DNA of 62,526 nucleotides, filler included, from Choristocarpus tenellus KU-1152 (Eukaryota > Protista > Phaeophyceae), in assembly GCA_964200185.2 (NCBI GenBank). It is 11 parts of 11 records of this genome, joined end to end, with 100 filler letters (N's around TTAATTAATTAA, not from the genome) between each part and the next. Parts side by side here need not be neighbours in the genome. Positions count along the whole stretch, not along the records: positions 59,203 to 62,526 come from CAXNAD020020795.1; 10 more parts are not named here. The stretch is one strand, 5' to 3'. The first letter of the stretch is position 1, and every line of letters begins with the position of its first letter. The notes under the pieces are model-generated. The model saw only the letters and a program-made list of their open reading frames with translations. It made no database searches and was not told the DNA's origin. A program made the translations under genes and the position numbers. Below, one piece after another: positions 61,601 to 62,526 of this stretch.

Positions 61601-62526
61601 CATTCAGTCCTGATCAGAGGAAAGACATAATAAGTACAACACATCATCCATCCAAAAAAAGAGGACGAGTACTATTGTCGGAGACGGACAACAAAACAGT
61701 CACTAGCACCGTCAGTACCTTCTCCACGGTGCACGTACTTGTGGTTACGTTATAGGCTCCGTGCGTCATCCAACAGATCATCCATAGTCCTTTACATGCA
61801 TCTCCATTAAAAAGCCTTGGACCTTAGATTCAGTTCGTTTCAGATTCAATCAAGCAGTAGACCTCCAGACTGGCTGGATGCGGAGGCGAGCCATCCTCCT
61901 CCTGTGGATTTCTCTTGACACTTCGACTTGAAAGTCGGTGTTCTTGTCGTTGTTGTTGTGGTTGTGGGATGCTGCCTTGCAGAAGATCACCCTGTCGATC
62001 ATCCTACTCGCTGGTCAGCGCATCCACAAGGGGTGGTCATGTACACCCTCGCCCACTCTATTTATAAACAGACCAACAACGAAGTACGGTGTGAGAATAG
62101 AGTACCAACAATATTGAGGGAATATCAACTACACTTGTTAAAATGCAAACAAGTGGGGATTGTGATGAGAAGTCGATACGTCGATATGTCGATACGATAC
62201 CGATAATATGGTACCAAAATATCGTATGGTTGTTCTAGCCTATACTCCAAACGTTCTGATATATGTCGATCATCAATCCAAGGTAGTTCAAAGATCTAAT
62301 GACATCATGGATGACGTCGAAACAGATGTATGTATACATGGAAGTGTAGTAGTAAACTGGAAGGAATTGAAGAGATACAATAGATCGCATGAGATCCTTC
62401 TGCAAGTTGGAAGTTGCAATGATGATTGGAAATCGGAGGACCAAACAGGAGGAGGTCACCATCGACCCACCCTGTCTTGAAGATCACACAACACATCTTC
62501 CATACACCAGAGCAATTTTATCTACT

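Noticed and set aside
61680-62526. ORF 61928-62206 with a hydrophobic, signal-peptide-like start
   Set aside because: Starts at TTG, the Val run comes from a GTT microsatellite, and there is no homology or splice support.

Overview
Eukaryotic, repeat-rich DNA (long introns; gene and transposon content suggests a stramenopile, probably a brown alga, which is inference). The window is not one locus: 11 contigs are joined by an artificial N44-TTAATTAATTAA-N44 linker, and many contig ends fall inside copies of one group of related MITEs. Host genes I can reconstruct by splicing are a multi-exon orphan gene (minus strand, <310-6798), the first two exons of a probable PEX1 facing the other way (7550-8280), a complete four-exon gene with two TB2/DP1/HVA22 (REEP-like) domains (36418-39629), the 3' part of a LAG1/TLC ceramide synthase (52179-55225) and a few isolated exons. 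The rest is mostly decayed Ty3/gypsy and Ty1/copia retrotransposons, plant-type mariner relics, MITEs (some nested), a solo LTR and tandem arrays. The most interesting signal is in both diverged gypsy copies: gag ends in a conserved UAG-GGG followed at once by three predicted hairpins, with pol in frame in copy 1, which makes it a candidate gammaretrovirus-style stop-codon readthrough element. The same gag has a non-canonical CX4CX7HX4C knuckle. Also notable are two GC-AG introns, a G-quadruplex-type tract replacing a polypyrimidine tract, a foldback-like inverted satellite structure and CpG decay that suggests DNA methylation.
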